NCBI GenBank assembly: GCA_004431415.1
Contig: QPMI01000521.1
Span: forward strand, 168,861-232,860
Direction: 5' to 3'
Origin: Cyanophora paradoxa CCMP329
Lineage: Eukaryota; Plantae; Glaucophyta
DNA length: 64,000 nucleotides
The notes beneath the pieces were generated by a model. That model saw nothing but the letters and a program-made list of their open reading frames with translations. It did no database searches and was not told the origin of the DNA. Positions 26,364 to 37,780 of the stretch are shown here, piece by piece (position 1 is the first letter of the stretch; each line of letters opens with the position of its first letter). The translations under genes and the position numbers were made by a program.

Positions 26364-28148
26364 CTACATGAAGAGGGCCGCGTCGTCTTCCTCGGCGAAG
26401 GCCTCGAAGTCGGCGTCGGTGTCGACGTACACGCACGCCTCGACGGCCAGGCCGCTCTCGTCCGCCGCGAACAGCTCCTCGGCGGCCATCTGAGCGGCCG
26501 CGGCGATCAGAGCGGCGATTCGACCGACCCCGAGAGCGGATCCGGATATCCCGGACCTGGTTGTCCTCGTCGAGGTTGTAGTTGATGCAGCTCTTCTCCT
26601 TCGCGTTCCAGACGGACTTCGGCTGGACGCTGACCGCCCAGGTCGGATTCGTGCACCGCGGGCCGGTAGAGGTCTCCGTGGCCGCCCACTGGTGGCCCTT
26701 GCAGTCACGCTCGCTGTTTGGTGGGCGCGGACGCGAATCAGCTTGGCAACCTGCCCGAACGCGCACTGCGGACCTGTGGCACGAAGACGAACCCCCCATT
26801 GCTGCGGTTTACGTAGATCTGGATTACTGCCACAGCGTGAGAAAAGTGCAGCGGCCGGGGCGCCGCGGCCAGGCCCGCCGGGCTAGCGCTGGAGCGATAT
26901 AAATCGTGCTAGCGATAGTACGAATTCAAGGTGCGCCCGCCGCGGGCCGGCGCGCACCGCGATGAAGTCGCTCCCGGTACCCGGTGCGCGCAGCAGAGCG
27001 CCGGATCAAAGATGATTGCTTTATCCGAAACCTTGTAAGGTTGTGTACACTTGCCAAGTTGGGAAGTCAGTGCAAACAGTGTACCCCTACCGCATGTTTG
27101 GCTCGACAGGCTTTGAAGCCCGGCGGCGGCGGCCTTGAATTTCGAAGCTGGCTTGAATCGCGGAGCGTGTCGCCGGCGATGGCGGGGCCCGGCAGCGACT
27201 TCGGTGTTGATGACGGCGGCGTGCGAGGGCTGTGAGCTTGTCGGCCGATCGGCTGCCAGCCTGCGGACGGTGAGCGACGCGCCCGCCCGCGCGCGCTTGG
27301 TTCCCGCGCAGCGCGCGGGCGGCGGCCGTGGCCCGCTCCCGCCTTTCGCCGTGCCTCGGGCACGCGCGGCAGATCCGCGCCTCAGTCACACGCGCCGCCT
27401 TCCGATCTGACGCGCGCGCTCGCAGGGCCGCGTCGGGCGCAGCTGGCGCGGCAGCGGCTGCTGCGGACGCAGCAGGCAGCGGCAGCTGCGCGGCCTCGAG
27501 GAAGACGGCGGCGACTCCGGGGGCGATGGCGAGGCGGGCGAGGAGCGGCGGGCGCAGTGCCCCGACGGCGGAGCGCTAGCGATTGGGCGGAGCGCGGGAG
27601 CCGGAGCCGCGGGCGGGGAGCCGCCCCCGCCCCCCGCTCCTCTTGAAGCTTCCCTTCCCGACGCGGCGGCCCCTTCGTCGCGCCTCCACGGTGCGCTGCT
27701 CGCCCCCCCCCCCCCCCCCCCCCCCCCCTCCCCTGTCTAGCCCCCACGACTCGCTATGCTGCACCCGTCTCCCACGGCAGCCTGTGCCGCTAGCTTTCCC
27801 TTCGCGCTTCTGCTCTAGGTACGCCGTGGAAGAGAGCTGTAGCCCACAGAGCAAGCTGTACTATGTTCCCCGTCGCGCTGAATCCGATGTCGTGTACCCC
27901 CATCCATAACGAACAGAGCCTCCGGCCGGGATCCCGCCGCCAGCCGCCCCTCCAACGTCCCCCGCCCCCCTCCCCCCCCCCCTCCCCCCGCCCCCCCTCA
28001 AGAGACTCCGAATCCTCCGCCAGCCCCTCAAGAGACCCCCCGCCAGCCCCAGCTCCAGCCTTCCCCTACTAAACCCCCCCGCAAGCTCCTGTGCACGTAC
28101 GTGCCCCGGTCCATGGTCAGCGCGGCGGCGAACTGGAGCAACCTGCAT
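26364..28148 (-). CDS. Hypothetical multi-exon protein with acidic C-terminus
   Basis: Spliceable exons ...IQIYVNRSNGGFVFVPQ|GHQWAATETSTGPRC...NYNLDEDNQ|MAAEELFAADES...DAALFM*. 5' exons and start are uncertain. Confidence 0.35.
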
Positions 28149-28577
28149 ACGCTCATCGCTCAAGTTATAGATCCATCCGATGATATTAAGGCTCGCGCGC
28201 GCGCCGCGCTCGCGCCTGGACCGAACCTGTTGCCACATGAAATTAAACCGGCGAACCGCAGCTCGGCGGCCAACCTGTAGTGCTAGCTAGCTAGCTAATA
28301 GGCGGAGTACTAGAAGCGCGATGTGAACGGCAGTTTGCTTGTCCTCGCCTGCCGCAGTCTTACGCTTGTACCCCCATTGCCTGGCCTTAAGCCGAAATGC
28401 ACTGCAGCTGGCAGATCGCACGGAGATCGATGCATATGCGGCTTAAGCTTGGCTTAAGGTAACTGCAAACAACGGCTATCACATTGCAATGCACTATCTA
28501 AATCTACGGGACCTTCTATTTAAACTTGAAAAGACTTGCTCTGAGGCTCTAGATCGCTATATATATGATATATATAG

Positions 28578-29925
28578 CTAGATGCCATCGCCCTCCGCGC
28601 CGGCCGGCGCCGGCGGGCGCAGCTGGACGGCCGGCGGCGGCACCGCCAGGCTGATCACCGGCACCTCCGCCGATGCGGCGCCGGCGCCGATCGCGACGGG
28701 CTGGGACGGCGGCGACAGCTCGTGCGCGGCCACGGCCTCGGCCTCGCCGTACGCGTGGTCGTGGGAGACGCGGCGCGTGCCCGGGAGGGAGATGCAGGTG
28801 CGCTGGCGCCTCGGCGGCCGCCCCTCCTGCCTCGCGATCCAGTCCAGGACCATGTCCACCTGCCCCCCAAGGCCACGCCTCAGCGCACGTCTCAGCGAAA
28901 CGACGAACAGTACATATCCGAGGCGCAGGCTCGCCTTGGCCTCGAGGGAGTGCACGACGCTGCGGACGTCGGAGACCTCCAGCTCCACGCGCGTCGGCCG
29001 CCGCCCCTGCGAGTCCATCCCCAGCTGCGCCCCGAGCCTGCGAACGAAGTGATTTAGAGGGGAGGGGGGGGAAGGGGGGGGTACGGGGCGCGCCTCTTGA
29101 TCTCGAGCCAGCTGTGCATCTCGTGCTTGCGGACGAAGGCGGCGGTGCTGGTCCGCAGGCCCAGCAGGGACCACCGCGGCGGCTGCCGTGGCCGCGAGGT
29201 GGGCGACCGTTCAATGTGAAGGAAGCGATGCGGCGGGGCGCAGCGCACGCGGTCGTCCTTGCCGCCGTCTCCCGCAGCGCTTGCTGCCACGCCCCCGCCC
29301 CCGCCCCCGATCATCAGCTGCCCGATGCAGCGCGTCTCTCTTCTATCTGAAGGGTCCCACCTGGTACTTCACGCGCTCGATCGCCTCCATCATCTGCGGC
29401 GGGCCGGGGCGGCGGGGCGAGGCGCCGCCTCGCGTCAGAGGGGAGGAGAAGGCGGGGCAGAGGGGCGGGACGGGGCGGGGCGGGGCGGCGTGGCGCACGC
29501 GCTGCTCGGCGGCGGAGAGCTGCAGTGTCTGGCTTGAGACCGCCACCAGCAGGGCCGTGAGCCACTGCCCGGGAGGCGTCCGACGTCAGCTCGCGCAGGG
29601 GGGCGGGGGCGCGGGTGAGGGGCCGGCGGACCGTCCCGAGGGCGCTAGCGAACACCACCTGAAGGCGGCCGGTTAGACTCGGCGGGCCCGGCGGCCTGGG
29701 GCGCGGGGCGCGCACCACCGCCCGGCCGGCTGCCGTGCGGGGCGTCACGTCGCCGTACCCCCTGCCGCCCGCCAGCCCGCCCGCCCCGTCAGTACCGTGG
29801 CACGCGCCAGGCTTCTCTCCCCCTCCCCGGCGCACACGGTGTAGACGGTGATGAGGGTGAGGTACAGGCTGGCCCAGAAGGACTCCAGCGAGGCGCCCTC
29901 GAACGCGCCCCCGAAGGCATCCACC
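28578..29925 (-). CDS. Potassium channel, 3' part (pore loop, S6, C-terminal coiled coil); upstream exons displaced by the viral insertion
   Basis: Splicing 29925-29836 to the next exon gives SFWASLYLTLITVYTV|GYGDVTPRTAAGRAV, containing the TVGYGD selectivity filter. C-terminal LEVSDVRSVVHSLEAKVDMVLDWI is coiled-coil-like. Confidence 0.85.
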
Positions 29926-29993
29926 CTGCCCGAGGAGGAGGGTGAGCGCCAGGAGAGGAGAGGAATGATGCAGATGCAGAGGACTAGAAGTCG

Positions 29994-30500
29994 AGTATTA
30001 CCCCATGGCTACATTGGCGAAAAAACCCGGAATACTACAAAAACATCGGGATTCCTTACGATATTCTGTAAGCAACCACTGAAATACATATTTCTAATCG
30101 AGAAATTCCCACTGAAATACACAATTCACTACAAAAACATCAAATCACCTTACGATATTCTGTAAGCAACCACTGAAATACATATTTCTCATCCATATCG
30201 CACACTGAAATACACAATTCACTACAAAAACATCAAATCACCTTACGATATTCTGTAAGCAACCACTGAAATACATATTTCTAATCGAGAAATTCCCACT
30301 GAAATACACAATTCACTCATCAAACCACCATGTAAGCAACCACTCCATATCGCACACTGAAATACACAATTCACTCATCAAACCACCTTACGATATTCCG
30401 ACACATTTCATACACATTTCATCCATATCGCCCACTGAAAACAATTCGCGCCTATCATTCCGACGATATTCAGTAACAAAAACAAATAATTCACGCCATG
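29994..30500. repeat. Terminal tandem-repeat block of element A (probable left TIR)
   Basis: A ~93-bp unit starting CCTTACGATATTCTGTAAGCAACCACTGAAATAC occurs at 30054, 30148 and 30241, with a partial copy at 30386. The sub-motif CACTGAAA recurs about 8 times. No inverted partner seen in the window. Confidence 0.8.
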
Positions 30501-30558
30501 GCTACATCTCCATGCAAAAAATGAAAGTGTTTAAAAACATTATCATATTGATCTACAA

Positions 30559-30882
30559 ATGACTACCGTAATACCAGAAGATGTAGAAGAGATTTTAGAG
30601 GATATGCCCGTAATTCCAGATAAGCAACAATTAAGCGAGTTGATTGAGAGAACCGCTAAGAGTTTTGGTTTAGATGTTAACAAACTACCAGCTAAATATA
30701 AAAAGAATCTCGCGAAAGGCTTCTTATCTAACATGGAAACTACCGATGAATCCAATTACTCAAAAATATTAGAGAGTAAACATGACGTAAACCATGCACG
30801 CAGTAAATTACAGTGGAAGCTATATATGAAAAAGCAGCGGGCAAAAAATGACGTCCTTTCTAGAAGTTTAAACAACCTGTAA
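30559..30882 (+). CDS. Small viral hypothetical protein (paralog of next ORF)
   Basis: 107-aa ORF ending HDVNHARSKLQWKLYMKKQR; AAAAAATGA motif ~35 bp upstream. Confidence 0.7.
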   Translation: MTTVIPEDVEEILEDMPVIPDKQQLSELIERTAKSFGLDVNKLPAKYKKNLAKGFLSNMETTDESNYSKILESKHDVNHARSKLQWKLYMKKQRAKNDVLSRSLNNL

Positions 30883-30884
30883 AC

Positions 30885-31178
30885 ATGACAACTTCCGTAA
30901 TATCCAATGAATTTATGGACGCCCTTAATCGTAATCCCGATATGTCGCAAGAAGAACGTAGCTTTATAATGCGTAAATATTTATCGCAGTCTGAATTTGG
31001 ATGTAATATGGAACAAATACCACGAAAGATAAGAAAACAAATTAAAAAGGTTGATGCTAATTATGTTCATCCTACATTAAAAGAAAGTTTCATACGTGGA
31101 CAAGCAACGCATGATGTTAACCTTATGAAATTTAGATTAAAGGAGAAGCTCGAAAAACGTAAACAAACTAAACCGTAA
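30885..31178 (+). CDS. Small viral hypothetical protein (paralog of previous ORF)
   Basis: 97-aa ORF ending HDVNLMKFRLKEKLEKRK. Confidence 0.7.
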   Translation: MTTSVISNEFMDALNRNPDMSQEERSFIMRKYLSQSEFGCNMEQIPRKIRKQIKKVDANYVHPTLKESFIRGQATHDVNLMKFRLKEKLEKRKQTKP

Positions 31179-31920
31179 TAGTCGTGGGTTCATTACTAAT
31201 TCTTATCGATTCTCTCTTTTTTATCGCTCGTTTCTTAACAAACTTGCGAAACGCTTTCATGTCATCATCTGTCAAAATTGCACGGTCTGTGTATACTTTG
31301 ATGTCATACCCTTGTAACCCAGTTATAACGGTCTGATAATTGTAGCCCCAAAGTCTATGTAGTTCTTTATAAGTCTTCTTATCGAGACCACCATTAAATT
31401 CATCAAAAGCGCAGTTAAATTCACGTTCATTCCCGAGGATGTTAAAGAATACTACGAATTCCACATTACGACGAATGGTAGTAGAAATAGAACATATACG
31501 TTGCACATTGAAAATCACGCTAATATTATAATGTCTTCCGCTCGTTACCAGTTTAGATAACACAGCTGAATTATGCATATCCAAATTAGAACCTATCATA
31601 TCATCCAGTATAATTACCAAACTATTACGCTTCTCATTGTTTTCTATTCGTTTCTTTTGCATACTAATTAGTTTTATCACCACATTATCATCCCATTCCT
31701 CATAGATATTATCAGGATGCGTTATATCTCTGAATTGACCCGTAAACGCAGTGGAACTAAACACTACAGTCTGATCGATCTTATCACGCAGTTCATAAAG
31801 TAGATATTTACAATATGTCGTTTTTCCAGAATTAGACCTACCAGCCAGCAAGAAACGCGACGGTAATTTAACTGTTTTAACCGGGTCGAATTCGGGAATA
31901 TCATTTAAATCTATATCCAT
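31168..31920 (-). CDS. A32-like (FtsK-HerA) DNA packaging ATPase, element A
   Basis: Walker A LLAGRSNSGKT, Walker B IILDD, family motif GRHYNIS and downstream Q...I...IRRN. Confidence 0.9.
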   Translation of the reverse strand: MDIDLNDIPEFDPVKTVKLPSRFLLAGRSNSGKTTYCKYLLYELRDKIDQTVVFSSTAFTGQFRDITHPDNIYEEWDDNVVIKLISMQKKRIENNEKRNSLVIILDDMIGSNLDMHNSAVLSKLVTSGRHYNISVIFNVQRICSISTTIRRNVEFVVFFNILGNEREFNCAFDEFNGGLDKKTYKELHRLWGYNYQTVITGLQGYDIKVYTDRAILTDDDMKAFRKFVKKRAIKKRESIRISNEPTTITV

Positions 31921-32969
31921 TACTCTCGTTACAGTAATAAGATAAAAAAGCCACACAACTACCTACTATTCTAGAAATTTGAGCATTTAAGCGTAGATAA
32001 ATTAAAGGCATTGATAACCAAAATATTATGTCTGAGAACATAAATATCGCAGACAACGGGACTTTCGTCGCTCGCACCAGAAACAGTAAGGTTTAGGTAA
32101 GCAGAAGAACTATTGTAGAAGTCCTGATATGATAGGACACTATTATGAAGTGATTCCTTACCGTTCTTGCTGAGAACCACACCATAAACACATGCATTTT
32201 CAAACCCGAAACCATCATTACCTACGGTGCATCCCTTGTAATGTGAAGGAATATGGTTAGCGGATGAGAAGAAGCCGGAAATGGGTTTATTGGTGATGTC
32301 AAGCGCACGGTTATTATGGAAAATTTGGAACTCATCGATTTTAATAGTAGATCCATAACCGGCGAAATCAGAATGAGTGTATTTATTCAGCTTGTTAACG
32401 TTACGAACAGTCATAAGGATAGAATGCACCAGACCAGAAACGTTAGCAAGCGAAACCTCGACCGGCTCGCCATCATCAGCGGTTTTCAGGGATCGAGTCT
32501 TTTTATGGATGATTTCCGTAATCGGAATACGAATACCTCCCTCATCATTCGCCATCTTTAACAGTCTCTCCGCCTCATCGGAAGGAATATTAACGAATTG
32601 ACAGATTAGCGCGCAATCAGTAATGCTAACAGATCCACCCGCCGGAACTTGCACTACGGTAGAATCCATAAAGTCGACCTCGATAGTGGGCATCTCCGAC
32701 AGGCAACAAAGTGGGAAAAATACCGAATCATCGAAGAATGGAATTTTAACTACATATTCAGTCGAGAGGTTTGTAGATTCACGGTTAGCCTCAGTATCAA
32801 GACCCAGTGACATATACATGTTATTCAGTGTGGCGTGGTCATTATCGATGAGTGTATGGACTTGCAGATAGTCCTGAGGAATCACCCACTTAAATGACCC
32901 ATGACAAAATCGAACCTCTTTAATGTAAGAAGCGCCACCGTTTGGAAGAATGCAAGGAACCCCACCAGC

Positions 32970-35419
32970 TTTTTTTTGTCGCGGTATTAATTCAGCTCAA
33001 GCATCCATCCTACTGCTATCAGAACAAGGATTTAGTCTAGCACATATACGTAACGAGCACTAGCTAGGCTAAGTGAAAGTTAAAGTATATGGGCTACGCT
33101 AAACCTAGTCTAAAAGGAGTGGTATATGCTGTTGCTAAAAGTTCCTCACTGGATGTTACTCCGCACCGCTGACGGGCAAAGTTCTAGGTTCCGAGGGCAC
33201 GAAGGCCGGGTTGTATTCTGCTGAGGCAGAACCCTCCCCTAGAAGTTTTTCTCCATACCTCCGCGCTCGATGGCATTGGTAGAGGGAGAAATCTGTCGCT
33301 CAGACTAACCTAGGGTTAGCTTTGCGAAGGTCCGCCCGTCCGCGGCGTAAGGTACACCAAGCTCGTCGCCCATGCCCTTTTGTTTTGAATACTGAAAGTA
33401 ATCAAATCGGGAACAAGCGAGTACTATGGGTTTCCGCCATATTGCGCCGGAGCGCGCCGACTGCTCTGTTGAGCGCCCTCAAGCTGATTATCTGGATGGG
33501 AACTCGGAAGAAGGCTAGGATATCTGAAAACCGCGTCACTTGCAATTGCAGGAAAAACGTCAAGAGGCCCTGAGGATAGCTTCTTATCTTATGCAGCTAG
33601 TCGTAACATGTACGTATACAGAGCCTGATCGTGAGGTACATCAAGAAAAGAACAAAGAGGCTATCTCGAAAGAGCTCATCGCCTCTTGCTCAGCAGCTAT
33701 CCTCTACATCTCCAGCTAATCCCACTCGTTGTCGTCGGTCACCCGCTGGACCGGGGTCCAGCCGCGCTCGACCTTGCGGCCGTCCATGCTGCTGCTGCTG
33801 GAGGCTCGCATTGACGGGCCTCCCCGCTCCTCCGCCCGCCCGGGGCGGCACGGGTTGCAACTGTGGACGATGTCTGCCAAGGCCGCGTCCGGGTGAGTCC
33901 GCTGGCACGTGAGGCAGACGGGCAGGTTCGTGAGGCTCGCCGGCGCCGCCTCGTGTCTTATCTTTCTTCGTGCTCTTGTCTTAGTTATTTTGCTTTTTTG
34001 TCTTTATGCCCCCTGGGCATGCGCAGCCCCCGCAGTGCTGGTGTCTAGAGACTGTGGCCGGTATTTCACCAAAAAATTTTGTTTTGAATACTGAAAGTAA
34101 TCAAATCGGGAACAAGCGAGTACTATGGGTTTCCGCCATATTGCGCCGGAGCGCGCCGACTGCTCTGTTGAGCGCCCTAGAGCTGAGTATCTGAATTGGA
34201 ATGAGGCTAGGATATCTGAAAACCGCGTCGCTTGCGATTGCAGGGAAAGCGTGGAGAGGATAGCTCTTCATACCGCAGCACGATGCCTGAGCGCGCTTCG
34301 TCGCCCGGCGCGTGTGCACGGGCGAACCTCTGTGTTCCGGTTGATCACGCTCCGGGCGCACTGGGCGTTCCAGTTCGCATCAATCTTGTGTTCACGTAAA
34401 GATCTCTAGATCTGCGCATACCCGCACTGTCAGAGTCCAGCTTGCGTCGCGCGGGGCCACGAGTACGCACTTTACTGTGAGGGCGAGAATAAGCCGTTCC
34501 GGCTCGTACGTGTGCGACAGCCGTGCTTGGTTGAAGTCATGCATGCCCAGGCGGTCGCGGACATACTTCTTCTTCTCCTGGACCGCTTGCGCCGCCTGAG
34601 CGTGGATCGGGGCAAGCGCCTCAAAGGCCTCCCAGCGCGTCAGAACTTGCTCGAAGGGCAGCGTGCACTCCTGATCGAAGCCGATAAGGAAGGCGAAGGT
34701 CGGCGCTACGCTGGCACGCGCGCAGCGGCGAACGGACCGCGCTGGGTGTCTCGATGGCTTTGCCTTCCGCCGCGTTCAGCAGGGACTGTGCTTCTTTGTT
34801 CACGAGCCCTTGAATCTCCTTGCGCAGCTCCCGCTCACGGTTCGCCCTCGTCCTGGTTGAAGACCGAGGGCATAGTCTCGTAGAGTTCGCGGATCTCCGA
34901 GGCTCGACTGCGGCGTTCCTTCGTGTTCGGGCGGGAACCCTGCCGCAAAGCCAATGAGATCCGAAAGCCAATGCATATGGGTCACCCGGAGCAGCAGGGG
35001 TCATGCCGGCGCCATTGGGAAACCATTATGCGGCCGGCGGAGCCGGGCACGCAGCCATATGTTGCCATCAAGACCGTGAGGCCTGCCACATGGTTTCCGA
35101 ATGCCCAGCACACCGGCTGGCGAGGTAACTGCCTCGTGGGTCTCGCACCCTGACGCGACACCTTCGAGCAGAGCGGGCGGCGCGCGTTATGGTTTACTAT
35201 CGTCTTTTTAGCATCTAGCTACGCCTTAAACCGGTCTAGTCCGGCGGCGGCCGGTGGTCCCTAACAAGGGCCGGCAGTACGTCCCGAAAAAAGCCGCCAG
35301 CTTCACTCACCGGTGTCATAAGGCTCCCCGGAGAGTTTTCCGGAGGTCGCTTATGCCCGGAAGCGCCTGGTTGGGCTGATCCAGACATCCTCGTCTTACC
35401 CTCCCGGGTACGGGAATCT
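32970..35419 (-). mobile_element. Non-autonomous poly(A) (non-LTR-type) retroposon inserted in MCP-A
   Basis: Exact 17-bp direct repeat CAAGGAACCCCACCAGC at 32953-32969 and 35420-35436. T8 at 32970-32977 is a minus-strand poly(A) tail. GC is higher than the flanks and no RT ORF is recognisable. Confidence 0.85.
33378..34250. repeat. Internal direct repeat within the retroposon
   Basis: 33378-33479 is identical to 34077-34178 (102 bp), with degenerate similarity for ~70-80 bp more. Confidence 0.9.
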
Positions 35420-35709
35420 CAAGGAACCCCACCAGCGGTAGTAACCTTAAAGTAAAGTGACATACCATTTAGTAGTTGTTTTCTAGGGATATCGAAGAAA
35501 CTCGTAGAACGAAAACCAAAGGTCGAGCCACGGGCTTTCACACTTTCCACATAGTTGCGAACCTTTGGCGATAGCCCAATTTGTAGACCGGGTGAAAGGT
35601 AAAGCGCCGAACTACCTTCCGTAACTAGGAGCTCCTTTAAAGTAGTGCCTGAAAGCGCCATGTTGTTTAAAATACGAAAAGAAATTTTTAATTCACATTA
35701 TTAAACAGA

Positions 35710-36612
35710 ATGACGCGTTACTATCTAAATATTGATTCCCGAGACCGGGACGAAGGAACCCCCACAAACTATTCTTATAAACTTCCCCATGCAATCCAAA
35801 ATGTTAAAGCGTGCCGGGTAACCAATTTTGAGATGTTTAATAACATCTATAATCTCAGTGAAAATGGAACACTTGCAACAGCTACTTATGACACAGGAGG
35901 TGCAATTAAAACAAAGAATAACGTTATTTTGAAAGGCACTTACACAGCGGATAGTTTAGTAAATCTTCTAAATGCTAAACTAAGCTCTCAGGTGTATAAT
36001 GCAGATGGAACGACTTATACACGTCACATTAATGTTACTTATGATCCAGTGACACTGTCTTTAAGGTTCATGTCGGATGTTACATTTAACCTGAAATTCA
36101 GTAGTCAGATTTTAGCGAATTTCCTCGGCTTTCCTACCACCTTTCCCGAGGGATCAAGTAACGGTTATGCTTCCTCTCCTCTCGATGCATCGGTAACAAT
36201 TGGTTCAATTATCTATACTCATTTCATCGACAGCGAAATACCATTAGACCTTCTGTTTAATTCTTACATCCTTCTACATGTGGATCCTTTCCGTGGTAAT
36301 TATGTAAGCAAGAACACCAGCGATGATAAAGCGATAGCTAAAATTGAAATTGATCAGACCGTAGGCAGTCTTCTAAGGTATGATTCTACTAATAATTCGA
36401 TGATCATCCATGAGCAAAACGGATTAGTGGAAGTTGACACGCTTAAAGTGCGTTTGACGTATTGGAATGGTGTAGAAACAGACATTACCACGGATTGGTC
36501 GATGACCTTAGAACTGATCACCGAAGATGAAAAGGATCATACAAAGGCATCAATAAAAAACATCATCCGAGATTTAGAGGGCGTTTATTTACCGTTTGGT
36601 CGGAATTATTAA
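35710..36612 (+). CDS. Minor capsid protein (penton), element A
   Basis: N-terminal YLNIDSRDR...NYSYKLP..IQNVK and C-terminal LKVRLTYWNG...DWSMTLEL, the usual PLV/NCLDV penton pattern. Divergent from MCP with a 48-bp gap. Confidence 0.8.
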   Translation: MTRYYLNIDSRDRDEGTPTNYSYKLPHAIQNVKACRVTNFEMFNNIYNLSENGTLATATYDTGGAIKTKNNVILKGTYTADSLVNLLNAKLSSQVYNADGTTYTRHINVTYDPVTLSLRFMSDVTFNLKFSSQILANFLGFPTTFPEGSSNGYASSPLDASVTIGSIIYTHFIDSEIPLDLLFNSYILLHVDPFRGNYVSKNTSDDKAIAKIEIDQTVGSLLRYDSTNNSMIIHEQNGLVEVDTLKVRLTYWNGVETDITTDWSMTLELITEDEKDHTKASIKNIIRDLEGVYLPFGRNY

Positions 36613-36673
36613 GCCAATTCTCCGATAAATGTGATGGGATATATTGCTAATTATTTTTGTTTTGGTATTACAA

Positions 36674-37438
36674 ATGGCTCGTAAGACACAACCTAAGGCG
36701 GCAAGCTCGCGCAGTTTCTTAACGAAACCCGTCGAAGAGGCAGAACCAGAACGGAAGCATTATAAGAAATCGAAAGGAACCGCAGGATATGGAACCGGTG
36801 ATATTGACAAAAGTATTAATAACATGATTAATTCCAGTGCTGTGGCGCCAGTAGATGACGTTAACGATTCAAACGCCCTTATTGAGCAAGTGCCGCTAAA
36901 CCGTATGCCCGGTGCAAAGCGTGGGATTAAGAAAGGACAGTTTAAGAGTTCCACGATTGAGAAAGTAGCGAAAAAATCGACTCTTCTTAAACTCCTCGAT
37001 GGCGGTGAGCGTTTGTATTCCACATACAGTGAGAAGGATCGCAGGAATCGATACTTTATTAGATCATCGAAGGGTAATCTAAGAACGGTAACATATAAAC
37101 ATGCTAAAAGTCTCATTGATGGAATCGCGGAAGAGGGAGAGAAAGAGAAGAAGATAACGGAGGAACCGATAACCAAAAAGAAGGTAGAGAAGAAAGCAAA
37201 TGTTACGTTTCATGTGCTACCCGATCCTATTAAAGAGAAGAAGACCACAACGAGCGAGCTTATCGCTAAAACGATTGATTACTTAGAATCCAATAAAACG
37301 GATTTACCCATTTTAAATAAGCATATCCTAAGGGTTGCTACATCGCAATCTGACCCGATTAACTCCATTCCCAATGGTGCGTCGATGCTATCAGGATTCG
37401 CTAAATTACGCATCCGTCCAGGTTACAGGAGGGCATAG
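36674..37438 (+). CDS. Lys-rich hypothetical protein (candidate virion core/DNA-binding protein)
   Basis: 254-aa basic low-complexity ORF next to capsid genes; positional analog of 47781-48515. Function is inference. Confidence 0.6.
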   Translation: MARKTQPKAASSRSFLTKPVEEAEPERKHYKKSKGTAGYGTGDIDKSINNMINSSAVAPVDDVNDSNALIEQVPLNRMPGAKRGIKKGQFKSSTIEKVAKKSTLLKLLDGGERLYSTYSEKDRRNRYFIRSSKGNLRTVTYKHAKSLIDGIAEEGEKEKKITEEPITKKKVEKKANVTFHVLPDPIKEKKTTTSELIAKTIDYLESNKTDLPILNKHILRVATSQSDPINSIPNGASMLSGFAKLRIRPGYRRA

Positions 37439-37780
37439 CTCACGCATCATTCTTACGTTAAAATTTTCTTTTCACAGAATAGCGTTTAACAATCCATTCC
37501 GAAAGTTTGCGCTCACGTTTACTTATTTTTATAAGTTGGCGTTGTAGGGAAAGTAGTGATATCCGTATCACTCTTTTTAATCACCTGTTCTACGGGGTTC
37601 ATTCGTAGAATCGAGAAAGGCGATGGCGCTTTCGGCTTATTTTTCCGGCGTTCTTCTAAATAATGATACGCAGCGCTCCGATGCAGCGGGGCAAAAATTG
37701 ACAGCATTTTAAAATGGTTATATATCAAAGAAGAAAAAGGACTTAAAGATTTCTCACTATATAGTAACAGTGATATAGCA

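Larger units (their letters stand above)
31971..35661 (-). pseudogene. Major capsid protein (double jelly-roll, PLV type) of element A, split by a 2.45-kb insertion
   Basis: Removing 32970-35419 and one TSD copy rejoins ...KVTTAGGVP|CILPNGGASYIKEVRF...IPQDYL in frame (80+327 = 407 aa). It aligns by eye with the element B MCP (LANVSGLVHSILMTVR vs LSQISGLVYGLLVSVR) and lies between the ATPase and penton. Confidence 0.8.

Noticed and set aside
8467-29835. Many long Arg/Pro/Gly/Ala-rich ORFs in the ORF track
   Set aside because: Shadow frames of high-GC exons and (CCCCG)n introns; the real genes are spliced.
1-29990. Naming the host species
   Set aside because: Intron style, GC content and COP1 recall a glaucophyte-like alga from memory, but this cannot be shown from the sequence alone.
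29994-30036. Terminal hairpin at A's left end (AGTATT...AATACT)
   Set aside because: Only ~6-8 bp of pairing; could be chance.
33322-35153. Short ORFs inside the retroposon as reverse transcriptase or transposase
   Set aside because: No YxDD, endonuclease or DDE motifs; ORFs are short and on both strands.
32970-35419. Self-splicing intron or intein in MCP-A
   Set aside because: A 17-bp TSD, poly(A) tail and immediate in-frame stop point to retrotransposition; no group I/II core or homing-endonuclease ORF seen.
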